DNA of 37,282 nt from a virus. Shown here in pieces: positions 1 through 8,276 of this stretch (the first letter of the stretch is position 1; each line of letters opens with the position of its first letter). The position numbers and the translations under genes are program-made. The stretch lies in the IMG/VR virus record IMGVR_UViG_3300045988_124612, one strand, 5' to 3'. Under the pieces are notes generated by a model. That model was not told where the DNA came from. It searched no databases and saw nothing but the letters and a program-made list of their open reading frames with translations.

Positions 1-270
1 ATCTTTTAAATATATGTAATAATATTTTATCTTTAAGTGATAGCTTTTCCTCTAATAGGTAAAACATAAAAATTTTTTCATAATTCATTTTTCTTTTTCC
101 TCCTATTCCTTTAATTATATTTTACCATTTTATGTTTACTTTTTTAACTACTCTACAACATAGGTATTTTCTTAGGAATATCAAGGCTTGCGTGGTTTTT
201 GTTTTCTACTTTTTTCGACAAAAAACGACAAATAAAACTTATATATTTTTACCTATTCTATAACTAAGTC

Positions 271-280
271 AACTATAGTT
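271..280. promoter_or_regulatory. Perfect 10-bp palindrome AACTATAGTT inside a looser 18-bp dyad AGTCAACTATAGTTAAGT; possible operator of the adjacent XRE gene
   Basis: Direct reading of sequence upstream of the HTH ORF at 346. Confidence 0.35.
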
Positions 281-345
281 AAGTCATGCATAGCATAGTT
301 AAAATATATCTAAGTTTGTTCTAAAATATTCTGGGAGGTGTAAAC

Positions 346-570
346 ATGATTTATATAAACATTAAGAAAATTCTTAAAAACCAGAAAAAAACAAAATACT
401 GGCTTATTAAGAATATGGGTAGCAGCTATCAAGCTGTATCAAATCTTATGAATAATGAAACTGTTGGCATTAGGTTTGAAACATTAGATAAAATATGCGA
501 TGTTTTAGAATGTGAGCCACGGGGATATTATTGTAAGAAAAAAATATTTAAAAAGAAAGAGAGGAAATAA
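346..570 (+). CDS. Small XRE/Cro-C1 family helix-turn-helix regulator
   Basis: 74 aa; KYWLIKNMGSSYQAVSNLMNNETVGIRFETLDKICDVLECEPRGYY matches the Cro/C1 HTH pattern; GGAGGTG upstream. Confidence 0.75.
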   Translation: MIYINIKKILKNQKKTKYWLIKNMGSSYQAVSNLMNNETVGIRFETLDKICDVLECEPRGYYCKKKIFKKKERK

Positions 571-572
571 AG

Positions 573-956
573 ATGAGCAAACTTCAAAAGCAATATGAAG
601 AATTGAAAGAAAAAGATCCAGACAAAATTTATTTATTTAAAGTAGGTATTTTTTATAATATATTAAATGAAGATGCTCGAAAAGTATCAAATGAAATTGG
701 CTTAAAACTGACTGATTTAAGCCCAGAAATAATAAAATGCGGGTTTCCAATCGCCAAATTAGAAAAATACACGCAGTTATTAGATTCTAAAGGGCTAAAA
801 TATGCCATTGTACCTAATCAAACATCTTCAAATCAAAATACTTCTTATGATAATATTATTAATAAAATTATCAACCTAGACATGAATAATACAACATGCA
901 AGGAAGCATTTGATATATTATATAATATACAACAAAATTTAAAAAGTATACAATAG
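573..956 (+). CDS. Small protein resembling MutS N-terminal domain I (mismatch-recognition fold), with no ATPase domain
   Basis: KDPDKIYLFKVGIFYNILNEDARKVSNEIGLKLTD...IKCGFPIAKLEKYTQLLDSKGLKYAIV resembles the MutS domain I pattern (G-x-FYE..ED A...LGL.LT...G.P...L..Y...L...G..VAI). Confidence 0.6.
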   Translation: MSKLQKQYEELKEKDPDKIYLFKVGIFYNILNEDARKVSNEIGLKLTDLSPEIIKCGFPIAKLEKYTQLLDSKGLKYAIVPNQTSSNQNTSYDNIINKIINLDMNNTTCKEAFDILYNIQQNLKSIQ

Positions 957-976
957 AGGGAAAATTCCCTCTATTT
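953..976 (+). terminator. Rho-independent terminator between convergent genes
   Basis: ATAGAGGGAA-AA-TTCCCTCTAT followed by TTT; near-perfect 8-10 bp stem. Confidence 0.75.
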
Positions 977-2598
977 TAATATTTGTAAATTAATTTGCAA
1001 TAATTTAAGTTTACCCAACCGCTTGGCGTTCTTGCCCAGTCGCCTTTTATTTCGTATGTATCGAAACGTGTTCCGTTTGAATAAACTTTTTTTATTTTAT
1101 AATTAGTTCCAGCACCAGCTCTTACATTCAACCCGCTTCTTGTATTTACTTGATACAAACCTAATGAATATGAGCTAGATGTCTTTGTTGTTGTACTTGT
1201 GTTTGTATTTGTATTACTTGTATATGTTAAGCAAATCCAGCCTTTATTTGTTTTACCCCAATTTCCATTGGTTTGTGTTATTGTAACTGTCGTTCCATAT
1301 TTATAGCAACCCAATATTCTATATCCTGTACTTGCACCAGCACGAATATTAAGTCCACTCTTAGCAGTAACTTTTACATTATAATTACTACTATTACTAC
1401 TTGTATTATTTACAGTAGATGAAGATAAATAAGAACTACATACCCAACCAGATATAGGACTTGTTATTCTACTCCAGTTTCCAGAAACTTCAACAACTGT
1501 AACTTTTGTTCCATTTGCTAAACTTCCTATTCTAGTAGCATTTATACTTGCATTTGTTCTAACATTTAATGTAGCTCCTTGCGTTGCTACATATCTTGTA
1601 TAATTAACTGTAGAATTATTATTTGTATTATTACTTCCGCTTCCATTATCATTACTAAAAATCCAGAAGTTTCTGTAATTTGCGTATGTTTTAAAACTAC
1701 TTTCACTAACAAATGCAGAATTTCCAGAAACTTTTACATTTGCAGCTCTTCTGCTTGCTGTCGTAAATTTTCCACTATATAAATATGGATCATATACTTG
1801 TATTGTATTTCCATCTAAACTAACTAATGTTATATAATGACCACCAGTAGTAAACAAACCACTTCCGCAACTTGCAATTATATAATATTTACTATTTCCG
1901 TTAGCATCTTTTTGTGATAAATAACTCATAGCTTTATCAAAAGAGCTAGTTGTATAATATTCGTTAAAGTCAAAATAGTCTGCAACAAATGGAAATGCAC
2001 TCCATGCAGTACCATTATTAGAAGTTCTATATCCATTTTCTACAAATAAAGATGCCATTGTAGTTGGCAATATTGTTCCTTTACTTGATGAAACAATTAT
2101 AGCTGCACTTGTCGGACCACATGCACTAGACTTCATTGTTTGACTTCTATCGCCTATACTAGAATACATTACGTTAGCCCATCTACTATCTGCTTGACTA
2201 TAATATGTAAGCCCTTGATATGAGCCTAAAAGTGAAAGTCCACTACCTGTATTAGTCCCATCGTAACTAATATTTTCTTGCTCTACTACTGCGTCTGTTT
2301 CTAACGCTCCTTCATCTGTTACGCTTTCTTCCTCTTCAACTGTACTTTCTATAATTTCAGTTGTTGATAAATCTTTGCCATTTTCTGTAGCTTCTATAGT
2401 ATCTTCTGCACTTTCTTGTACTTCGTCAGAAATAATTACAGTGTTATTAATAGTTTCATCATTCTTTATTTCTTCTATTAATTTATTTTCAATATCCCCC
2501 AAATTTTTATTTAAGTTAGGATCATTAAAATAAACACTACAAAATACTCCAGCAACAGCAACTATACTTGCTAATACTAATAATATTTTCTTTTTCAT
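976..2598 (-). CDS. Phage endolysin / secreted cell-wall hydrolase: signal peptide, C39-like cysteine peptidase domain, SH3b repeats
   Basis: N-terminal MKKKILLVLASIVAVAGVFCSV; YYSQADSRWANVMY...ACGPTSAAIIVSS...GGHYITLV (Cys/His peptidase pattern); three repeats of the form GLNVRAGAGTNYKI.. Confidence 0.8.
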   Translation of the reverse strand: MKKKILLVLASIVAVAGVFCSVYFNDPNLNKNLGDIENKLIEEIKNDETINNTVIISDEVQESAEDTIEATENGKDLSTTEIIESTVEEEESVTDEGALETDAVVEQENISYDGTNTGSGLSLLGSYQGLTYYSQADSRWANVMYSSIGDRSQTMKSSACGPTSAAIIVSSSKGTILPTTMASLFVENGYRTSNNGTAWSAFPFVADYFDFNEYYTTSSFDKAMSYLSQKDANGNSKYYIIASCGSGLFTTGGHYITLVSLDGNTIQVYDPYLYSGKFTTASRRAANVKVSGNSAFVSESSFKTYANYRNFWIFSNDNGSGSNNTNNNSTVNYTRYVATQGATLNVRTNASINATRIGSLANGTKVTVVEVSGNWSRITSPISGWVCSSYLSSSTVNNTSSNSSNYNVKVTAKSGLNIRAGASTGYRILGCYKYGTTVTITQTNGNWGKTNKGWICLTYTSNTNTNTSTTTKTSSSYSLGLYQVNTRSGLNVRAGAGTNYKIKKVYSNGTRFDTYEIKGDWARTPSGWVNLNYCKLIYKY

Positions 2599-2616
2599 AA
2601 TAATACCTTTCCTTTC

Positions 2617-2970
2617 TTACTTGACATATCTAATCCAACCATCATGAATATATGAATTTCCGTGTAAATCTAATGTATAATGATCAAAAACTTCACTTGC
2701 TCGCTTTTTTTGTATTTCGTCTTTTGGTATTCCATTTTTTGAATCTTCTATAAATTCAACTAAATAATTCATACATTGGTTTTTATCAAGTCTTTTTATA
2801 TCTGCATTAACATTATCTAATTTTTTATTTATTGGTTCTAATGCTTTTGCAAATTTATTATCTAATGCTTTATCAACTGGCTTTTTAGTTTTTTCTATAA
2901 ATGTAAAAATTGTTAAAATAGCATTCAAAAGTGTTGCTAATGATATAATAATTACTGATAATTGTTCCAA
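2617..2970 (-). CDS. Small phage membrane protein, putative holin
   Basis: N-terminal hydrophobic helix (LSVIIISLATLLNAILTIFTFI) and charged tail; immediately upstream of the endolysin in the operon. Confidence 0.5.
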   Translation of the reverse strand: MEQLSVIIISLATLLNAILTIFTFIEKTKKPVDKALDNKFAKALEPINKKLDNVNADIKRLDKNQCMNYLVEFIEDSKNGIPKDEIQKKRASEVFDHYTLDLHGNSYIHDGWIRYVK

Positions 2971-3119
2971 TTTACTTACTCCTCCTCTCTTGTAAAAATC
3001 TATAAAAAAAGCGAAAAAAACAACGCTCTAAAATTGAATTTAAGGCGTTTTTATTTTTCGTTAATATACTTTCATTACTTAATTTTAAGGCTTTAAAAGG
3101 ATTTTTTATTGTAAGTAAA

Positions 3120-3254
3120 TTATTTGTAATCTTCCCCTGTTATTTCTTTGTACTCTTCTGCTGTTATCCATTTACCAACAGCATTATATACCCTTGTTTT
3201 ATTCCATATACCATTATTGTAATATTCTTTTACTTTTTCAAAATTCTTGCTCAT
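3120..3254 (-). CDS. XkdX-like small phage protein (not in supplied ORF track)
   Basis: 44 aa MSKNFEKVKEYYNNGIWNKTRVYNAVGKWITAEEYKEITGEDYK, typical XkdX pattern (K.YY..G.W.....V..AV....IT.EEY..ITG..Y). Confidence 0.75.
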   Translation of the reverse strand: MSKNFEKVKEYYNNGIWNKTRVYNAVGKWITAEEYKEITGEDYK

Positions 3255-3256
3255 GA

Positions 3257-3583
3257 TTAAGCCTCCTCTAAATCAATATCAGTCATCATTGCTAAATACT
3301 CTATGTCGCCTTGCATTTTTCTTTCTTTTATTTCAGCTTTTGATAGCTCTCTTAAAATAAAATAGTATCCATCTTCATAATGAGCTACTTGTACTAATTC
3401 CATGTGCTCATATTCTTGTTTAACTACTTGTCCGTCTTCTTGTCCTTCTATAATTACTTTTGATAATTTACCTTTAAAATCATTTTCTGTAACTTCTGTT
3501 TCTGATACAAAATTATTGCCATTTAATTTTAGGTCTTTAAGTTGTGTTCCATCAGATAACGTAATTTCCCATGATTTTTCCAT
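3257..3583 (-). CDS. Hypothetical phage protein downstream of the DGR RT
   Basis: 108 aa ORF in the late operon; its start overlaps the RT 3' end. Confidence 0.6.
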   Translation of the reverse strand: MEKSWEITLSDGTQLKDLKLNGNNFVSETEVTENDFKGKLSKVIIEGQEDGQVVKQEYEHMELVQVAHYEDGYYFILRELSKAEIKERKMQGDIEYLAMMTDIDLEEA

Positions 3584-4647
3584 TTTGGTACCTCCTTAAA
3601 TAAATTATAATATAATTGTGTCATGTTTGTAATTTGCTGCATTGACATATTTTTGTAGTTTCCAGACATCCACGACTTAAATATGTTTTCTATTTCTTTA
3701 TATGTTAATATATTTTTATCTAATAGCCTTTTGTATGCTTTTAATTTTCTTCTTTCCCTCGTTATTGCTTTTGGGTTAATTTTTCTTATAATTCTTCCTG
3801 TTTCTGTTAATTGGTATTTTATTTGTAAAATCTTAAATTGTTGTGATAATTTTACAATATGTGTTTTCTTTTCATTTATTATTAACCCTAATTCATTCGC
3901 GATTTTCCTAATCCCTTCTAATACTTCTTTTAAATATTCTTTACTTTCATGTATTAAATACATATCATCGGTATATCTACCATAATACTTAATACCTTTT
4001 ACTATTTTTATATAATTATCTATTCTTGAAGGATAAGCAATACCTATATTTTGTGAAGGTTGGCTACCAATATCGACACCTCTCCCATTTTTATTTTCTG
4101 CATTAAATACATCAAATACATTTTTTAGAATCCATAATGTAATATGTGCCTCTTCTTTATTAACTTTTTTTAAAAAGCCCTGCAAATTTTCTAAGCATAA
4201 ATTATGGGGAATACTTGCATAATATTTACTAAAGTCTATTAATAGTATATATCCTTCATTACTTTTATGTTTTCTGTAATATTGGTGTAAATGTACTTCT
4301 AGTCTTTTTCTATGAAATGATACACCTTTATTTTTTTGACTTGCCCCATTGTCATATACTAAATAGGGAGTAATAGCTGGAGTTAAAACATTATCACAAA
4401 TCAAATGATTTACAGTTTTATCTATCATATCATTTGTTGTAATATTTCTTATTTTGCCCCTTTCATTTATTGTAAATTTACTACCCTTTGTAGGTTTGTA
4501 TTTCCACTCTTTAATATCTCTTTGCAGTTCAGCAGTTAATAACAAATGATTAACTTCAAAAAGCTGCGACTGATATTTAAAAGGTGCAGATTTTATTGCT
4601 TTTGTTCCAGCTTCATATATTTTATTAGCATCATAAAAAATATTCAT
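3529..4647 (-). CDS. Diversity-generating retroelement reverse transcriptase
   Basis: RT motifs ILLIDFSKYYASI, DIGSQPSQNIGIAYPSRID (DGR-type SQ motif) and catalytic YGRYTDDMYLI; adjacent to TR, Avd-like ORF and VR-containing target. Confidence 0.95.
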   Translation of the reverse strand: MNIFYDANKIYEAGTKAIKSAPFKYQSQLFEVNHLLLTAELQRDIKEWKYKPTKGSKFTINERGKIRNITTNDMIDKTVNHLICDNVLTPAITPYLVYDNGASQKNKGVSFHRKRLEVHLHQYYRKHKSNEGYILLIDFSKYYASIPHNLCLENLQGFLKKVNKEEAHITLWILKNVFDVFNAENKNGRGVDIGSQPSQNIGIAYPSRIDNYIKIVKGIKYYGRYTDDMYLIHESKEYLKEVLEGIRKIANELGLIINEKKTHIVKLSQQFKILQIKYQLTETGRIIRKINPKAITRERRKLKAYKRLLDKNILTYKEIENIFKSWMSGNYKNMSMQQITNMTQLYYNLFKEVPKWKNHGKLRYLMEHNLKT

Positions 4648-4793
4648 AAATCACTTTTATAGTATTACTGGTCGTAACCAAATACATAATGATTAGCATT
4701 TATCAATTTTATCAAATTGAAGGGATAATCTTTCCTTTCCTTTTCCCATTGCCCTGCTATGGAAACTTAGTCCACTATTAATAGCTTGGTTGT

Positions 4794-4890
4794 GAAATCC
4801 GGACGAACACCACCAGAGTTAGAGGCGTTGTTGTTGTTCGCATTGCCGTTGTTGTTCACATTCGCGAAATTCGACGCAGAAACGACATTT
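4794..4890 (-). repeat. DGR template repeat (TR)
   Basis: 97-nt match to VR 5552-5648; all 13 differences are at TR coding-strand adenines; run of AAY codons (AAT GTG AAC AAC AAC GGC AAT GCG AAC AAC AAC AAC). Confidence 0.97.
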
Positions 4891-4902
4891 AAAGATTACC
4901 CA

Positions 4903-5412
4903 CTATTTTAGATCTTTTAAAAATCTATTGTCAGACTGTCTAAGAGATTTAATCATATTAAATTCTTTTTGAATTTCCAATACTAAATTTGTGTATTTAT
5001 TTAAATCAGCATATAAACATTCCCCTATATATTGTAATTCATCTTGCAACGCATTGCAGCAAGCCATTGCTCTATCCATTTCAATACGTCTTTCTTCAAA
5101 TTCAGACATATAACTAGGAAATATTGTATTTGCTATTCTTAAATGTTGGCTTATTCCACATGCAAAATCTATAACTTTATTTGTAGAACGTTCTATTTGT
5201 TGCTTAAAATATTGATATGTTCTTTTTTTTATTCTTTCTTGATCATCGTTAGGGAACATTCTTATTTTTTCAGCAATAATATTTTCAATTTTTGTTTCAC
5301 TAATATAAAAGTTATTCTCTGCAAGTTTAGTAACAGCCATTCTAATTAAATACGCATTATGTATTGTTTGTAATTTTGATTCTCTTCTCTTACTTTTCTT
5401 AATATCTGACAT
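4903..5412 (-). CDS. avd: DGR accessory variability determinant (Avd)-like protein
   Basis: Position between VR and TR; SEFEERRIEMDRAMACCNALQDELQYIGECLYADLNKYTNLVLEIQKEFNMIKSLRQSDNRFLK resembles the C-terminus of Avd-like four-helix-bundle proteins. Confidence 0.8.
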   Translation of the reverse strand: MSDIKKSKRRESKLQTIHNAYLIRMAVTKLAENNFYISETKIENIIAEKIRMFPNDDQERIKKRTYQYFKQQIERSTNKVIDFACGISQHLRIANTIFPSYMSEFEERRIEMDRAMACCNALQDELQYIGECLYADLNKYTNLVLEIQKEFNMIKSLRQSDNRFLKDLK

Positions 5413-5508
5413 ACGCTAATAATACTATTTACTCCTTTTTAAATTTACAAAGAAGTATATCATTTTATTTTAATTATTTTAACTATTCCAGAAATTAACT
5501 ATCTTATA

Positions 5509-5531
5509 CGACAGGGCATAAAGCCCTGTCG
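5509..5531 (-). promoter_or_regulatory. DGR target-site hairpin downstream of VR
   Basis: Perfect 9-bp stem CGACAGGGC / GCCCTGTCG with 5-nt loop, about 20 nt beyond the 3' end of VR homology, no T-tract. Confidence 0.75.
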
Positions 5532-5539
5532 ATGTCTGA

Positions 5540-6397
5540 TTAATAGATTAGGAAAGCCGGACGAACACCACCAGAGCTAGAGGCGGCGTCGGTGCTCGCA
5601 TTGCCGTCGTTGCTCACAAGCGCGAAACTCGACGCAGAAACGACATCTCTTAACCAGTACCATTGTCTAGATCCACTATCGTTTAAAGCAACAGTCAAAT
5701 CGTGTCTATGCCTAAATAATGATAATTGAGATTTATCTATTGTATAATTATTAGGTATATTGCTTCCATTTAAACAATTCTTGAATATGTTACTTCCATA
5801 TACCATAGTTTCATTCATTAATTCTATTTCAGAATCATACCAAGTTCCACCGCTTTCATAACCATTACTTACAGCATTTTGTAGATGATTTCTATGTTTT
5901 AAAATATGACTTGTTTCAAAATCATTTTTTATTATAGTTTTAAATGGATTTAAATTATCTGTGTACATTGCACTTCCAATATATGCTCCTGTAGTAACAT
6001 TACTTGCATTCATTTGTGCATTTCCCATTGTTCGCTCTGGTATCATTAAAACATGAGGTGTAGTACATTCAGTATCCCCCATGTGTAATCTGTAATTTAT
6101 ATCTGCAACTATATATTTTCTATTACTAACTTTACCAATTATGTAGTCCCCTATATAAATGTCATCAAATGTTCCTGCTGCTATTTGTTTTGATAAAGTT
6201 CCATCATAAAATAAATCTGTTATATCTTTACCCCTATAAATTGCATTATGTGCTCCGGCATTTCTTGGAATGATACCACTTAATAAATTCTTAAATGCTA
6301 TTTTCTTTGTTTCGCCATTACCCAAATCAACCATACACATTATATCTGTATCTTTTGCTTCGGTTGCTTCGGTTAATTCTGATATTTTTTTAATCAT
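5540..6397 (-). CDS. DGR target: phage receptor-binding/tail-fibre protein with C-terminal (C-type-lectin-like) variable domain
   Basis: C-terminus RQWYWLRDVVSASSFALVSNDGNASTDAASSSGGVRPAFLIY carries the VR; GGVRPAF ending typical of DGR variable proteins; located after the tail genes. Confidence 0.85.
   Translation of the reverse strand: MIKKISELTEATEAKDTDIMCMVDLGNGETKKIAFKNLLSGIIPRNAGAHNAIYRGKDITDLFYDGTLSKQIAAGTFDDIYIGDYIIGKVSNRKYIVADINYRLHMGDTECTTPHVLMIPERTMGNAQMNASNVTTGAYIGSAMYTDNLNPFKTIIKNDFETSHILKHRNHLQNAVSNGYESGGTWYDSEIELMNETMVYGSNIFKNCLNGSNIPNNYTIDKSQLSLFRHRHDLTVALNDSGSRQWYWLRDVVSASSFALVSNDGNASTDAASSSGGVRPAFLIY
5552..5648 (-). repeat. DGR variable repeat (VR)
   Basis: Aligned to TR 4794-4890 at constant offset 758; 8 A->G, 4 A->C, 1 A->T (coding strand), no other substitution. 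Confidence 0.97.
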
Positions 6398-6425
6398 TTT
6401 ATAGATCCTCCTTTAATATTTTAAA

Positions 6426-7193
6426 TTATATTCCCCCTATTATTAATTCTCCACCTTCTGTAGCAATATTGTTTCCATCTTCTGTTGTAACAGGAGATAT
6501 TGCTTCCATTACTAAGGCTTGTAAATTGTCTATTTCTAGCTGTAGTTTTCCTGCTGCATCTTCACTTAATTGTCCTTTTATTCTTTCAAACCAAACATCA
6601 AAATTTTCTGTTTGTTCTTTAAACCATTTTTCAAAGTCTTGTGTTTCTGCTTTTATCATGCTGTCCCATAATGCCTTGTATTGGTCTAATATATTTGTAA
6701 AATCTGGTGTTTGCACAGCACAAATTACATTTCCACAGTCGCTACTATTAAACCTTGTATCCTCTATTAAATCTGTCGTTATTGCTGTAGTTCCTGCCGG
6801 AATATTAATTTTTGCTATTCTTATTTCATATATACTTGTACCTCTTGTCAATGCCGGTGCAACTGCTTTCTCTGCGAAAGTTCCTTGTACTATTTCTGCT
6901 GTTATTTGCCTGTTAGGTATATCAAGTCTGATTACAATATTATCAATTCTATTTAATACACCATCTGCATTTGCAACGCTTAAAACTTTTTCTGGATCGT
7001 TATTATATCTATATCCATTTATATTTGCATCGCCACTTTCTACACTAACTGACATATTATCATTTGAAACTACTTTTAAACCATTATTAAATATTCCATT
7101 TGTGAAATATTTTGATAAATGTAAAGCCCAGTCAGCAGCATAATACACTCTGTCAGCATTAACAGAATCGAAAAAACTACTTTTTTCAGCCAT
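6426..7193 (-). CDS. Phage baseplate / receptor-binding-associated structural protein
   Basis: SFFDSVNADRVYYAADWALHLSKYFTNGIFNNGLKV...NINGYRYNND... pattern common to Firmicute phage baseplate proteins; position. Confidence 0.65.
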   Translation of the reverse strand: MAEKSSFFDSVNADRVYYAADWALHLSKYFTNGIFNNGLKVVSNDNMSVSVESGDANINGYRYNNDPEKVLSVANADGVLNRIDNIVIRLDIPNRQITAEIVQGTFAEKAVAPALTRGTSIYEIRIAKINIPAGTTAITTDLIEDTRFNSSDCGNVICAVQTPDFTNILDQYKALWDSMIKAETQDFEKWFKEQTENFDVWFERIKGQLSEDAAGKLQLEIDNLQALVMEAISPVTTEDGNNIATEGGELIIGGI

Positions 7194-7214
7194 ATTTTTG
7201 CCCTTCCTTTCTTA

Positions 7215-8276
7215 TTAATTATCATCGTCAGTAAATGTTTCTTTTAAAGGCGTTCCAAATGATGGTGTTATAGTAATTTTATTGCCTTCTATAACTTCCT
7301 CTACCTCTGTTATTCTTAGGTTTTCTTGTATATTCCAGCTTTCTTTTTTTACTGTTACAACATCTCCTAAATCCCAACCTTTTTTATAGTCATTTGCGTA
7401 CACTTCAAATTTTATAGATTCTGATATTGAAGATATTTTTTCATTTCCTTTTTCTTTTAAAACTTCATTATATTCGCTAGTAGTTAAATCCCCTTTTGAT
7501 TCACTTTTTGCATCAACAAATGTTTCTACAATATCAAAATCGTGTAAACCTGCTGTATTATTAATTTCTACTAATACTCTGCTATCTCCTTCGCCTTCTC
7601 CACCTACCAACACATCAGTACAAAGCGTACCACCATCATTTAAGTAGTCCGCTTTATTTATGTTTGAATATTCTTCGCTAAATTCATAAAATGAATTATT
7701 GGTTTGCTCTACAGTTCTATTTAAACCTTCGTAGTTTTCAAACCTATACTTTTTATTTTCTATATCTGCGATTATTCTAAAACCTACATTTGCAGCTTTA
7801 GCAAGTTTTACCAAATAATTATAAATATTTTTGTAAGTAACTTGAAAAGTAATTTTTTCACTATCTATAGTTGTATCTGCTATTTCTAACTTGCTAAATG
7901 GTGTCATTTTATTTAAAATTACTCTCATTCCTGCAAGTATTTTTCCAGTAAAGTTAATTCTTTTCTTTACTATTCTTCTGTATAACAAATAAGATAAAAA
8001 CCTACCAATTACAACTAATTCTGTAGTATTTGTACTTTCTATTATTTCAACGCTTTTAACAAAACCCGCTTCTTTGCTTTCTTCTCTTATTATGACATTA
8101 TCCTTTTTGAAAATAGCTATATTTCTTTCTGTTGCTTTTAAATGTAATTCAAATTCTCCTGCTTCAAAATATTTTCTACGCCATCTTAGGGAAGTATATT
8201 CATCAATTACACCTTGAAAATTTAGATCCCTATCATATATATATAATTCAATGTTTTTCATATTACACCGCCCCAT
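7215..8276 (-). CDS. Siphovirus tail protein (ReqiPepy6 Gp37-like)
   Basis: MKNIELYIYDRDLNFQGVIDEYTSLRWRRKYFEAGEFELHL pattern; gene order. Confidence 0.75.
   Translation of the reverse strand: MGRCNMKNIELYIYDRDLNFQGVIDEYTSLRWRRKYFEAGEFELHLKATERNIAIFKKDNVIIREESKEAGFVKSVEIIESTNTTELVVIGRFLSYLLYRRIVKKRINFTGKILAGMRVILNKMTPFSKLEIADTTIDSEKITFQVTYKNIYNYLVKLAKAANVGFRIIADIENKKYRFENYEGLNRTVEQTNNSFYEFSEEYSNINKADYLNDGGTLCTDVLVGGEGEGDSRVLVEINNTAGLHDFDIVETFVDAKSESKGDLTTSEYNEVLKEKGNEKISSISESIKFEVYANDYKKGWDLGDVVTVKKESWNIQENLRITEVEEVIEGNKITITPSFGTPLKETFTDDDN

Noticed and set aside
1-345. Search for an attL direct repeat matching sequence after the integrase (37132-37282)
   Set aside because: No convincing shared core found by eye; only short AT-rich or AAGGCT-type matches. 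Prophage boundaries are not assigned.
1100-1600. Internal repeats in the endolysin gene as possible additional DGR variable repeats
   Set aside because: They correspond to tandem SH3b domains and share no sequence with the TR.
3529-4647. RT as a retron or group II intron
   Set aside because: No msr/msd-like structure, maturase domain or intron boundaries seen; the TR/VR pair with adenine-only changes makes the DGR assignment decisive.
5509-5531. Hairpin after the target gene as a simple transcription terminator
   Set aside because: No U-tract follows on the minus strand and the downstream avd-TR-RT genes appear co-transcribed.
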